From contig CAVWIG010000021.1 of assembly GCA_963754945.1 (NCBI GenBank), positions 32,001 through 96,000 of the forward strand: 64,000 nucleotides of DNA, written 5' to 3'. Source of the DNA: Methanotrichaceae archaeon. Its GTDB lineage: Archaea; Halobacteriota; Methanosarcinia; Methanotrichales; Methanotrichaceae. The notes under the pieces were generated by a model. That model was not told where the DNA came from, searched no databases, and was given only the letters and a program-made list of their open reading frames with translations. Both the position numbers and the translations under genes were made by a program. Below, in pieces: positions 19,976 to 30,283 of the stretch (positions within the stretch are counted from its first letter, which is position 1; each line of letters begins with the position of its first letter).

Positions 19976-20848
19976 CTACGATTGTTCGAGGTTATCAATT
20001 TTCCCGAAGGTAGCGATTCGCTTCCAAACGTCCTCTGGTTGCTCTTCTGGGGCAAAATGGCCGCTATCAGGTATTATGGAACTTTGCACGTTTTTAATGC
20101 CTGATTCCTTGAAACCACCAACATACTGCTCTATGTTGCCTCCTTCGCGTTCGCCACGCAGGTAAAGGAGTGGCGTTTCGATCTGTATTCCACGGGCGAT
20201 GTTCTCCCTGTTGTATTTAGCATCCTGTCCGAAAGCTCGATACCAATTGAAACCTGTGCTTAGTGCAGACGGCGTAGAATAAGCCTGAACGTAGCTATTG
20301 CGTAGATCGCCAGTGATTCTTTCGGGGTGTGTGGAAATTGCGTTATAGAAGTAATCAAAGTATGGACGTTCCTTGCCTGTTACAATTATTTCAGGCAAAT
20401 CCTGGATAGCATGGAATCCAAAGTGCCATATATAAGGATTGCGAATTACATCTTCCCATGGTTTGACACCAGGGACAGCGACATTCATAATAACCGCCCC
20501 ATTAAGTTCGTTAGAGTAGCGATGGAGATACGAATAAACAATTTGACCACCAACATCATGGCCAACTAGCGTGAGATGCTTGAGTCCCATTTTCTCCACG
20601 AATTCATGAATAAAGTCTGCTATATCGCGCTTGGTACTTGGAGCATTTCTCATTTTAGAATTACCTATGCCAGGGAGATCCACCGCAAGGGCATAAACGT
20701 GCTCATCTGCAAGCTTTAAGACACTCTCGAACGCACGCCAATTTTCTGGCCAGCCATGGAGAAATAACACTGCAGAGTTTTGGGGAAGGCCAGCTTCAAC
20801 CACATGCATACTTCCATTGCTAACGGTTATTTCAGTGTGTTTTAACAT
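19976..20848 (-). CDS. Alpha/beta hydrolase (epoxide hydrolase-like)
   Basis: LHGWPE, GHDVGG nucleophile Asp, SGHFAPEE; more AT-rich than its neighbours. Confidence 0.88.
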   Translation of the reverse strand: MLKHTEITVSNGSMHVVEAGLPQNSAVLFLHGWPENWRAFESVLKLADEHVYALAVDLPGIGNSKMRNAPSTKRDIADFIHEFVEKMGLKHLTLVGHDVGGQIVYSYLHRYSNELNGAVIMNVAVPGVKPWEDVIRNPYIWHFGFHAIQDLPEIIVTGKERPYFDYFYNAISTHPERITGDLRNSYVQAYSTPSALSTGFNWYRAFGQDAKYNRENIARGIQIETPLLYLRGEREGGNIEQYVGGFKESGIKNVQSSIIPDSGHFAPEEQPEDVWKRIATFGKIDNLEQS

Positions 20849-21022
20849 AATATTTTCTCTTTTTATGGAAACATTAAGGAAATCATCGACCCTGTTTCAA
20901 CTGTCTACAAGCGATTTAATGCCGGAATAGGAGATCCTGGTGCACATTTGCACCATCAAGGCCAGTGGGGAAGCAGAAACTTGCTTCCACCTTTTACTAA
21001 ATCTCCTTAGTTATGAAAACTC

Positions 21023-21427
21023 TTAGGCGATCTGTTTCCCCGCTGCCGGTCCCCACATGGCGTTGTAGATCTCGGTGATCTTGACCATGACGCAGCCCTT
21101 GGCCGGTAGCTTGTCGTTGATTCCGAGCACCCATTCTCTCATTTGGTCGAAGTTCTCGCCTTCCTTGCAGAGGGTGACATTCCCCTTGATCTGGAAGGAT
21201 TTCTTGGTATCCGAGCTGTAGCATAGGATGGATATCTTGGGATTCTCCATCAGGTTGGCAGCGGTCTTGTAGAAGAAGTTGTCAGCGATCATCAGAGTCT
21301 CGTCGTCGATGATCTTCAATAGTCCGATGAAGACGACGTTCGGAACTCCTTTCTTGCTGGCCGTTGCGATCGGCACGGGCTTTTGCTTCTCCAGAGTCTC
21401 CCTAACCTCGGCAGGCATCTTTACCAT
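21023..21427 (-). CDS. Pyridoxamine 5'-phosphate oxidase-like FMN-binding protein
   Basis: ATASKKGVPNV, ADNFFYKT, NLMENP, FQIKG; ATG at 21427 with GGTGA RBS. Confidence 0.85.
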   Translation of the reverse strand: MVKMPAEVRETLEKQKPVPIATASKKGVPNVVFIGLLKIIDDETLMIADNFFYKTAANLMENPKISILCYSSDTKKSFQIKGNVTLCKEGENFDQMREWVLGINDKLPAKGCVMVKITEIYNAMWGPAAGKQIA

Positions 21428-21458
21428 TACATCACCGCCCAAAGAGTTGTGCTGCAAT

Positions 21459-22848
21459 TTATTTAGCTCTTGTGCAGGTCTCAAGAAAATTGGAGGGGAA
21501 GCCTCTGTAGGAAGCGGCATGCAGATGGGAGTAGCTGGCAACCATATTGTTCTCCACGACTCCATCGAGGCTGCCCTGGATGCCAGTGCCGCGATCGAGC
21601 CTGATGGCGTACTCGACCTTCTCCTTTTCATCCATGACAAGCTCGGAGTGGTGGAACTCGTGGCCCAGGAGGCGCGATCCTGCGGGCCCCAGCAGGCAGT
21701 CGCGAGCCAGCTTGCCGGAGACGTAGCTTACCACTCGAATCTGACCCTTGCGGACTTTTCCGGGAACCAGACCGACCATATCATGGTGCTCGCCATCCCA
21801 ATCGATCTCCCTTGCCAGGTACATCAGTCCGCCGCACTCCGCATAGATTGGAAGCCCTCTTTCATGTGCCTGCTGGATGGACGCGAGCATGGACGAGTTT
21901 CGCGACAGCTCCGCTGCGTACAGCTCCGGATACCCTCCGCCGATGTAGATGCCGTCCACCTGCGGAAGCTCTTTATCATGCACAGGGCTGAATGGAACGA
22001 CCTGTGCGCCAGCCAGCTCCATCAGCTCCAGGTTATCCCGATAGTAGAAGTTGAAGGCCTCGTCAAGGGCCACGCCGATCTTCAGGCCCGAGCCTCGTTC
22101 GTTTCTCCTGTAGAGGTCCGGCTCCGGCGCTTCCAGAGGCTCGGCCTCGGCTGCGATCTCCAGGATCCTGTCGATGTCCAGGCCCTCCTCCACTATCTCG
22201 CGGATCCTATCCAGCCGCTGGACAAAACCGTCGTGCCTGGCCTCGCCCTCAAGCATTGGCACCAATCCCAGGTGACGCATTGCTAGGTGCATGGACTCGT
22301 CCCTTGGAATGACACCCACAACCTCCACGCCTGCGTACCGCTCGATCTCCTCCCTTGCCTTACGTGCGTGCCTCTCGCTGCCCACCTTGTTCAGGATGAC
22401 ACCCTTTATGTCGACATTTGGATCGAAGTCCATGTAGCCCTTGACCAGGGCGGCAGCCGAACGGGTAATGGATCGTGCGTCCACAACGAAGATCACAGGA
22501 GTCCTCAGGATCTTAGCAATCTGGGCCGTCGATCCGAGGTCACCCTCGTACCCCTCGTAGAGGCCGCGCACTCCCTCGATCACCGAAACGTCCGCACCAT
22601 CCACTGCATGGGAATAGACCTCGTGAACCGTCTTCTCAGGCATTAGGTAGCCGTCCAGGTTTCGGCACGGCCTTCCAGTTATCCAGCTATGATATGATGG
22701 GTCGATGTAGTCCATCGCCACCTTGAAGGGCTGGACACGGAGGCCCCGTCTAGGTTAGAGCGGAAAGCAGTCCGGCCACGATGGTGGTCTTGCCGCTGGA
22801 GCTTCTGTCTCCTGCCAGCAGAACCCGCGGGATGTGTCCAGAGTTCAT
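21459..22848 (-). CDS. cfbB: Ni-sirohydrochlorin a,c-diamide synthase (F430 biosynthesis); one extra base near 22752
   Basis: [22 protein letters not shown] then, after a +1 shift, [48 protein letters not shown]; next to cfbC. Confidence 0.85.
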
Positions 22849-23642
22849 GCTCGCGACAGCTCCCTGAGCCGCTCATCGCTAATCGGCTGGGGTAACTTCG
22901 GCTCTGCCTCGCCCATGAACGCCTCGGCAAGCCGACGATAGATCTCGGCTATCTCCGAGTCGGGAGCGCCCTCTATGACAGTGATGCCCCTTCGCTCGCA
23001 CTCCTGGACCAGAGGGTCCTTGGGTATGAAGGCCACCATCCGGTTGTCCAGTTCTCTGGCGAAGCTCTCCACGATCTCGCGTTCGCCCGTTGCCTCTCGC
23101 GAGTTGCATATCACACCGGCCAGTGGCGTCCCAAGACGGCGTAGGCCTCTGCAGATGTTGTTGGCCGCATACAGGGGCATATATTCGCCTGAGGTTATGA
23201 TATACGCCTGGCTGACCAGGCCCTTCCTTATGGGCGCCGAAAAGCCGCCGCAGACGATGTCACCCGGTACATCGTACAGCACTAGATCCACATCGTCCAT
23301 TGCCGTAGAGACTTTGCGCAAAAACTGTATGGCTACAATGATTCCTCGACCGGCGCAGCCCACGCCAGGTTCCGGTCCTCCTACCTCGATGCACCTCACG
23401 CCCTTATATCCCTTGAAGACGACATCCGATTCTGCGATCTCTCCGCCACGCTGGATTAGGTCCATCATGGTAGGGATCCTGCGACCCACAAGGGTTATCG
23501 TCGAATCGCTCTTCGGGTCGCAGCCGACGACCAGAACCCTGTGCCCGTCTTCGGCGCAGGCGGCTGCGATGTTCGAGGCGGTGCAGGACTTGCCGATCCC
23601 GCCTTTGCCATAGATCGCAACGTGCTTAATGGGTGACATCAA
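22845..23642 (-). CDS. cfbC: NifH-like Ni-sirohydrochlorin a,c-diamide reductive cyclase ATPase subunit
   Basis: [41 protein letters not shown]; coupled to cfbB; no nifDK nearby. Confidence 0.88.
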   Translation of the reverse strand: MMSPIKHVAIYGKGGIGKSCTASNIAAACAEDGHRVLVVGCDPKSDSTITLVGRRIPTMMDLIQRGGEIAESDVVFKGYKGVRCIEVGGPEPGVGCAGRGIIVAIQFLRKVSTAMDDVDLVLYDVPGDIVCGGFSAPIRKGLVSQAYIITSGEYMPLYAANNICRGLRRLGTPLAGVICNSREATGEREIVESFARELDNRMVAFIPKDPLVQECERRGITVIEGAPDSEIAEIYRRLAEAFMGEAEPKLPQPISDERLRELSRA

Positions 23643-23741
23643 TTGACTCCGGAGAGCTTAAGACCACGCCATAGGATATACAGCTTATCCAGACGTAGTC
23701 ATCCAGGTATGTATGCTCCGTCTTACGATGAATGGAGGTAA

Positions 23742-26645
23742 ATGAGTTCCAGAGGACAGATTGACCTTTTAGTTCTTGTCGTGGTCTTAGGCGCATTTCT
23801 CATTGTGCCTTCTATGGCTCAATCGTCTTCCACAGATGCTGCCCTGGTGAGAGGATACATCACTAACATCAGTAGTACCTGGAATGCTCACGACTTCGGC
23901 TGGTTCTACTACGATCTGGACAAGGATGTGGGAGGCGAGCAGCTCTCGGTTGATGTGCACGGGCGGACCGCGGAGAAAAGCCACATAGTTTATACCAGTC
24001 GTGCCTGGTCGAGTGATTTCGAGTTTAAGCCCTGGGGGAAATACCAGTCGGTTGCCTTTTTGGGAAAGCGCTACTTCGCCGGCTATCCCGACAGCACTTT
24101 CACAGACGCCAAGAGCGCTCTGGAGAAAGGCGAACTCAGGGAGATACTCATCGACGACAAAAACACGCACATTTTGAACTACAGTCATCCCCTATCGCTC
24201 CTGGAAGGTTACATCCTGGCCGTCAATGGGATTTCAGCCAACGACGGCAAAGTAAACTTCGTCCTCGTAAAAGGCAAAACTGCAGTGGATTTTGGCGTTG
24301 TAAGCATAGGCGGGACCTATGCCTTCAAGAGTGGAGACGAACTTCCTTTAATCCTGATTCATGTCTCCAACGTGTTGGCCGGTGATAAGGATGGAACCGT
24401 CGAGATAGATGGCGTCTTCCAATTGGGAGATGCTCCAGTTGTCAGCATGAAAGACGGTGACAAGCTAGGAAGCATGGAGCTCGTTGACCTCACCGATCAG
24501 GGAATTACGTTTAAGACCAACAAAGATATTACACTGACCCGGGACGCCATTGTACCATTGGCTGATAGGTTGATGCTAGTTGTCGTGAATGATACAAGAC
24601 TGTTTTACTACCCTGTGGGAGCTATCACCGATTACGGCAATCAAGTGATAAGAGGGCCTGTTTTCGATGCCAACTCAATAGTACCAGTCAAGCTAGGTCA
24701 ATATCCTGCCACAGCACAGGCCAGATGGAACTCTGGGAACTTTACCGGATTCTATTTTTCTCCAGAAGACAAGTTGGGCAGTGAGACTCTTACTCTATTT
24801 CCCCCCAATGATAGGACAGTTCCAACTCCCACAAAGCCAGAGCTAATAAATGGAGTAGCGCATTGGAATGCGCTCCAGTATGTATCGTTCATGCAGCCAA
24901 AACAATTTAATTTTAGACCATGGGGCCAATACTACACAATAAGCTTTCTCGGAGAATCGTGGTTTGTAGGTTACAATATCGGGGCAACAAAAGAGAGTGA
25001 TTCGTTGAACCTTCTCGAGCACCAGAAGCTGGGCAAAGTTCTGATCGATAAAGAGATACGAGGGATGATTGTTGCCGGCAACTACACCCTTTCGGAGGGT
25101 TACCAACTCTACATCAGGGACGTGACACAAGATAAGATCTTCGTGCATCTCCTAAAGGACGGGCAGCTTGTGGACAGCTCCATAGCCGAATCCAACTCGA
25201 CTTATGTTTACAAAAAGGACCTCGGCGATGTCGCGGACATGCCCATTATAATGATGCACGTAGATAAGATCTTCAGCGATGGTAAGACGAAATTCGCATC
25301 GATTGACGGGCTTTTCCAGTTGTCGGACCAATATATCCTCTCAGTTGATCCAGGTTCGGGACTCGGTGAGCTTGAGATCGTCCCTACAAACTTTGGCATC
25401 ATAGGTATGTGGAACCATGATACTCTTACATTCAGTCGTAATTCAGACGTGAATCTCTGGCCCGGAATGAGCATCCGGGTCGCTGATAACGACACATTGC
25501 GATACTACCCGTACACTGTGCAGCGCGTGATCCCCAAACCCGCTCTGGGTGGCATAGATTACCCCAAGAACATAAGCTCATCAGGGCAGGCTAACTTCAC
25601 ATTGACTGCCCTGGCAGGTGATATTGTAAGCGTAAGCGTCGACGTAAACGATCCGTCCGGAAGAACCGTGTTCACCAAAGACCTCACCCGCATGGGAGTC
25701 GGTTCGGAGAACGTGTGGAACTACTTCTGGCGGTGGAATGCATCCACCTTGACAATGAGCGATGACGGCGCCCTAGTCCTCGACGCGAACGGTAATCCTA
25801 TCCCAGGACTGCTCTACCTCAACAAAACCAGCAGCCCACTACCGGTGGGGATAAGGTTTGATGGCTCGGGAAAAGTCGCCAGTATAGCGGATAGCAAGGT
25901 TATCTATTACGTCTCCCGTTCGGACTACAACTTGACGAAGCCCAAATTTACTTACGACTCAATGCTTGCCAACAGCACTGCAAAGAGACAGTACATAAAA
26001 ATCAATCCTGGCTCTAGCATGCTGAAGTTTTACGAGACCGTCAAAGGTTCGTTCAACCTGAGCAAATCCAACCACACAATAACGGGTTCCATCGATTCTC
26101 TGGAGCCCCACGCTCTTAGTTTGCCGGCTAAACCAGGCAAATACGAGCTGGGGGTAAGAATAGAGAATTCAGCCGATGCCCTCAGAGTAAATGGATTGTT
26201 CTTCAATGTTACAGCCCCAGAGATGCATGGCGTGTTTTTGGGCTCCAACTCGACCCAGACCGGAGGTCAAGTAAACGTTTCCCTCGAGGTTCCTACCTCT
26301 AATTCGGAGAAGAAAGTGGAGATATCCTACAACCCCGAAACGATCAAAGCAGTAGGCGCATTCGGGCCTTGCCAAACCCCCTCGTACATGGATGAAAAAG
26401 CCGGCTGGATCAACGTTACGTTTCCTCCGGGGTGCGGGGTGACCAACCTGACCTTCGTCGCAGGCCAGAAGAACGCCACGGCAGAACTAAAGGTGGTCAA
26501 TGTCGAAGGGTTCAAGCCAGATAAGGTGACCAACGGAACTATAACAATAAAGGCCGAAAAGAACGCTAAGAAGAGCAGTGATCTGTTGTTTGTAGCTGCT
26601 CTAGCGGCATTATCCCTGGCTGCTGTGTTCAGACGCTGGAGATAG
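23742..26645 (+). CDS. S-layer domain protein (two DUF1608-like repeats) with C-terminal membrane anchor
   Basis: Signal peptide; WNAHDFGWFYYDLD and WNSGNFTGFYFS repeats; VADNDTLRYYP; TM plus RRWR tail. Confidence 0.82.
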   Translation: MSSRGQIDLLVLVVVLGAFLIVPSMAQSSSTDAALVRGYITNISSTWNAHDFGWFYYDLDKDVGGEQLSVDVHGRTAEKSHIVYTSRAWSSDFEFKPWGKYQSVAFLGKRYFAGYPDSTFTDAKSALEKGELREILIDDKNTHILNYSHPLSLLEGYILAVNGISANDGKVNFVLVKGKTAVDFGVVSIGGTYAFKSGDELPLILIHVSNVLAGDKDGTVEIDGVFQLGDAPVVSMKDGDKLGSMELVDLTDQGITFKTNKDITLTRDAIVPLADRLMLVVVNDTRLFYYPVGAITDYGNQVIRGPVFDANSIVPVKLGQYPATAQARWNSGNFTGFYFSPEDKLGSETLTLFPPNDRTVPTPTKPELINGVAHWNALQYVSFMQPKQFNFRPWGQYYTISFLGESWFVGYNIGATKESDSLNLLEHQKLGKVLIDKEIRGMIVAGNYTLSEGYQLYIRDVTQDKIFVHLLKDGQLVDSSIAESNSTYVYKKDLGDVADMPIIMMHVDKIFSDGKTKFASIDGLFQLSDQYILSVDPGSGLGELEIVPTNFGIIGMWNHDTLTFSRNSDVNLWPGMSIRVADNDTLRYYPYTVQRVIPKPALGGIDYPKNISSSGQANFTLTALAGDIVSVSVDVNDPSGRTVFTKDLTRMGVGSENVWNYFWRWNASTLTMSDDGALVLDANGNPIPGLLYLNKTSSPLPVGIRFDGSGKVASIADSKVIYYVSRSDYNLTKPKFTYDSMLANSTAKRQYIKINPGSSMLKFYETVKGSFNLSKSNHTITGSIDSLEPHALSLPAKPGKYELGVRIENSADALRVNGLFFNVTAPEMHGVFLGSNSTQTGGQVNVSLEVPTSNSEKKVEISYNPETIKAVGAFGPCQTPSYMDEKAGWINVTFPPGCGVTNLTFVAGQKNATAELKVVNVEGFKPDKVTNGTITIKAEKNAKKSSDLLFVAALAALSLAAVFRRWR

Positions 26646-26858
26646 GTTGTCGCATTCGCGCTCGTGACCTTAACGGCTAGAACTGAGCTAAGCCACCGCG
26701 GGCAGTTTGTCAGTTCTTGCTTCAGAAGCTCGGACTCGTGGGGTTCGCTTCTTCTTCGTACCACCAAGGGTAATAGCCCAGTTGTCGCAGGTAGTACTTC
26801 CCGCCATCATCGCAATTCGAGGCGTAGGAATTATAAATTTGCCCTTTCTACTCTCTTT

Positions 26859-29033
26859 TCAGATCCTGCTGAACAGATCCCTCCTCACCCCTCTGTGCGG
26901 AGCCGCCATTGCAGCATCAAGAGCTTTCTGGTAGAACTTATCCGTATACTCCTTGGCCATCCGCCGGGCGCAGAAGTGCGGTCCGGTACTCTTTATGGTC
27001 TCCTTCATCATCTTGACCCAGCCCCTGGGAACACCGTGGTCGTCAACATCGTAGTACAACGGGACCACATGCTTTTCCAGGATTTCGTAGATGGCCGCAG
27101 CGTCCTTATGGTCCCTGTCAGGGCCTTGGGCTCCTTCAATTGCCCAGCCGTTCAAGCCGTTGTACCCCTCTATCCACCAGCCGTCCAGGATGGATAGTTG
27201 GGGAACGCCGTTTATGCTCGCCTTCATCCCGCTGGTTCCCGAGGCCTCCATGGGCGGCAGCGGGTTGTTGACCCAGACGTCGACGCCGTGAACCAGATAC
27301 TGGGCCAGAAGCTCATCGTAATCCTCCACGAAGGCTATCCGGCCTCCGAAGGCCTGGTCCTTGGCGACGTTGAATACATTCTGCAGGAGTTGCTTACTCT
27401 GCAGGTCGTCCTGGTGGGCCTTTCCGGCGAATATGATTTGAACCGGCTGCCAGGTATTGTTGACGATCCTCTTCAGCCGTTCGATATCCCGAAGGAGCAG
27501 AGTGGGCCTCTTGTACATTGCGATCCTCCTGGCAAACCCCAGGGTAAGGACCGATGGGTCGAACAGGATACCGGACGCCATAACTACACGAGGATCGGCC
27601 TTTCCGCTGTCGAGCCATTTTTGCCGGGCTCTGTCCCTAATCCTGGTGATCAGCAGGTTCTTCATTGCCTGGTGGTGTCTCCACAGCTCATCGTCCGGTA
27701 TCTCGTCGACCAGCTCCCAGATACGGGGATTGTCGTGACCCGCCAGCCAGTTTCTACCCAGATGCTCGTTGAGGATGACGTCTCCAAGGTGTCGATCGAT
27801 CCAGGTCGGGACATGAATCCCGTTGGTGATGTGGTCTATGGGCACTTTTTCTTCGGGCAGCTCAGGCCATAGCTGCCTCCACATGCTTCTCGCGACCTCC
27901 CCATGCCTTTTGCTCACAGCATTGCGATAGCCGGAGGACCGAAGGGCAAAGGCAGTCATGTTGAAGCCGCTCGGGTTATTCGGATCAACTCCCATCTCGA
28001 AGAACTCCTCTCGGCCAAGATCCAGGCCCGGAAGGTAGGAGCCGAAGTACTTGTCCATCAATTGAAAGGTGAAGATGTCGTGGCCGGCAGGCACAGGCGT
28101 GTGAGTCGTGAAGACCGTGGTTTCTTTGACCTGCTCGAAGGCATCACGGTAACTGGTTCCTCCCTCTACCCGCTCTCTGATCCTTTCCAGGATGGCAAAA
28201 GCCGGGTGCCCCTCGTTCAGGTGGAGGACGGAATAATCTATTCCCAGGGCTTTCAAAATCCTGACGCCACCAATCCCTAAAACTATCTCCTGTCTCAGCC
28301 GCTGTTCGGGGTCTCCTGTGTAAAGCCGGTCGGAGATGCACCGGTTCCAGGGATCGTTGGCCTCGCTTGATGTATCTAACAGGTAAAGGGATGTCCTGCC
28401 AACCTGGACCTTCCAGGCTTCCAGGTAGATCGGCGGATCTATGATAGGAATCTTGACCGACAGGGTCTTCCCATCACCATTCAGGACTCTGGTAATGGGT
28501 GCGTTCTCCCTGTCCAGGATCTCGCAGGCTCCCACCTGCCACCCATCCGGAGTGATCATTTGGCGCAGGTAACCCTGGGGGTACATGAACCCCACGCCGA
28601 CCATGGGTATCCCCAGGTCGCTGCACTCCTTCAGAAAGTCGCCTGCTAGGAATCCCAGGCCGCCGGCGTAGAAGGGAAGGGCGTGATGCAATCCGTACTC
28701 AGCCGAGAAGTATGCAATGTTCATGCTCTTTGGATCGGCTACGTTAGCGCAGAACCAGCCGCTGGATTTGCTCATCTCGTCTTCGAAACCAGCCATGACG
28801 GCGTCGTAATGTCTCAGAAAATGAGGATCCTTTGCTGCGGCCTCAAGCGTTGCCTGGTCAATCTGATGGAGCATCTTAACGGGGTTGTGGGCACTAAGGT
28901 ACCAACCTGTCCTGCTGAGCATCTTAAAGAGGCCCCTGCCTTCGGGGTGCCAGGACCACCACAGATTGTAAGCCAGATCTCCTAGTCCGGAGATCCTGTC
29001 AGGGAGATTGAAGAATTTGTTTATCGCGACCAT
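26859..29033 (-). CDS. glgP: Alpha-glucan (glycogen) phosphorylase
   Basis: AYFSAEYG, YAGGLGFLAGD, HLNEGH, FTTHTPVPAGHD, EASGTSGMK. Confidence 0.95.
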   Translation of the reverse strand: MVAINKFFNLPDRISGLGDLAYNLWWSWHPEGRGLFKMLSRTGWYLSAHNPVKMLHQIDQATLEAAAKDPHFLRHYDAVMAGFEDEMSKSSGWFCANVADPKSMNIAYFSAEYGLHHALPFYAGGLGFLAGDFLKECSDLGIPMVGVGFMYPQGYLRQMITPDGWQVGACEILDRENAPITRVLNGDGKTLSVKIPIIDPPIYLEAWKVQVGRTSLYLLDTSSEANDPWNRCISDRLYTGDPEQRLRQEIVLGIGGVRILKALGIDYSVLHLNEGHPAFAILERIRERVEGGTSYRDAFEQVKETTVFTTHTPVPAGHDIFTFQLMDKYFGSYLPGLDLGREEFFEMGVDPNNPSGFNMTAFALRSSGYRNAVSKRHGEVARSMWRQLWPELPEEKVPIDHITNGIHVPTWIDRHLGDVILNEHLGRNWLAGHDNPRIWELVDEIPDDELWRHHQAMKNLLITRIRDRARQKWLDSGKADPRVVMASGILFDPSVLTLGFARRIAMYKRPTLLLRDIERLKRIVNNTWQPVQIIFAGKAHQDDLQSKQLLQNVFNVAKDQAFGGRIAFVEDYDELLAQYLVHGVDVWVNNPLPPMEASGTSGMKASINGVPQLSILDGWWIEGYNGLNGWAIEGAQGPDRDHKDAAAIYEILEKHVVPLYYDVDDHGVPRGWVKMMKETIKSTGPHFCARRMAKEYTDKFYQKALDAAMAAPHRGVRRDLFSRI

Positions 29034-29295
29034 GAATTATGCCTCACTCCGGCTTAATATAGACAGGCAGGTTATTTAATATTTTTCAGAAAAGTATGAG
29101 GCATTCCGGAAAGACCATCTGTGAAACATCCCGGCTATAAAATTGATGGGCATAATTGCCGATAGCCCTCACAGCTTGAAGCCTCGTAGTGGGTTCATGA
29201 ACTTCTACAAAGCGGCCCTATGACCAATCGTCCCAGCCTGATCGAAATGCAGACATACGAAACCCTTAAAAGTTTATGAGTTTCATAGAATAGGG

Positions 29296-29736
29296 GTGAA
29301 TCTTTTGTCTAAAGGATCAAAATTAGGACTTGCTCTCTTGGTTGTTGCCATGTTAGCAACAGCCGCAGTAGCTGAGATGGCCAACAACTATACCATAAAC
29401 ACTGCAACCAACAAGACCATAGGAACCTATCTCGTAAACCAGACGGGTTTCACGCTATATTATTTCAAAATGGACCCCGGCAATGGAACAAGTACTTGCT
29501 CCGGCGGTTGTGCAACCCTGTGGCCCCCATTCTACGCAAAGAAAGTCACTGTGCCTACCGGACTGAACGCCTCTGACTTCACGAGCATAACAAGAAAGGA
29601 TGGCATGAACCAGACGGCGTTCAAGGGCTGGCCATTGTACCATTACTCAAAGGACATGTTGCCAGGGAACGCAAAAGGACAGGGATTCAAGGGGATCTGG
29701 TTCGTAGTCGATCCGATGAAATTCCCGCCCAAGTAG
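29296..29736 (+). CDS. Secreted protein with repeated Yx(F/Y)xxD motifs (COG4315-like)
   Basis: Signal peptide; TLYYFKMD, CxxxCxxxWPP, GWPLYHYSKD, GIWFVV. Confidence 0.8.
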   Translation: MNLLSKGSKLGLALLVVAMLATAAVAEMANNYTINTATNKTIGTYLVNQTGFTLYYFKMDPGNGTSTCSGGCATLWPPFYAKKVTVPTGLNASDFTSITRKDGMNQTAFKGWPLYHYSKDMLPGNAKGQGFKGIWFVVDPMKFPPK

Positions 29737-29761
29737 CTTTCCGCCCACAACTTTTTTATGA

Positions 29762-30283
29762 CTATTTTTCTGCAAGCGATTGTGCATAGCGTATGTAATC
29801 ACAGGTCGGCTCTCCAACTGGCACTATTCTTCCGGTGACCTTTCCGTCCTTTATCTCGATCTCCGCAACAGTTGGCGGAGACATCCTGGGCACTGTTGGG
29901 CTTCCTGGACAGATGAGCAGCTTGTTACCCCTCTCAACGATCGGCCTGTGCAGGTGACCATAGACAAGGACGTCCACCTCCATCTCCCTGGCAAGCATCT
30001 CAGTGCCGGGGCCAGTAGAGTGTGATGCCCGGTGAACTAGCCCGATCCTTACTCCATCCACCTCGATTACCTTTCTCTCCGGCAAAAGCATTTTCAGCTC
30101 TTGAGAATCTGAATTGCCGCACACTGCCTCGACCCTTCCTATATCAGCCAGGGAGTCGTAAACGTCTTTGGAAACGAAATCTCCGGCGTGAAGAATGAAG
30201 TCGGCTCCCTCGGCAAGCTCGACCAGTCTTTCCGGTAGACCTCTTTCCATGTGAGTATCCGACAGCGCAATTATCTTGATCAT
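29762..30283 (-). CDS. YfcE/MJ0936-family metallophosphoesterase
   Basis: SDTH, HAGD, GNSD, GHLH, PGS. Confidence 0.9.
   Translation of the reverse strand: MIKIIALSDTHMERGLPERLVELAEGADFILHAGDFVSKDVYDSLADIGRVEAVCGNSDSQELKMLLPERKVIEVDGVRIGLVHRASHSTGPGTEMLAREMEVDVLVYGHLHRPIVERGNKLLICPGSPTVPRMSPPTVAEIEIKDGKVTGRIVPVGEPTCDYIRYAQSLAEK

Noticed and set aside
21279-22286. 335-aa plus-strand ORF, and similar long antisense ORFs at 22975, 27198 and 40418
   Set aside because: Shadow ORFs opposite well-conserved GC-rich genes; no recognisable motifs.
6749-22752. Pyrrolysine/amber readthrough at the TAGs in the rpl10 tail and cfbB
   Set aside because: A TAA precedes the rpl10 TAG, and cfbB needs a frame change, so TAG readthrough fixes neither.
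22845-23642. Nitrogenase nifH
   Set aside because: No nifDK/nifI nearby; coupling to cfbB indicates the F430 paralogue cfbC.
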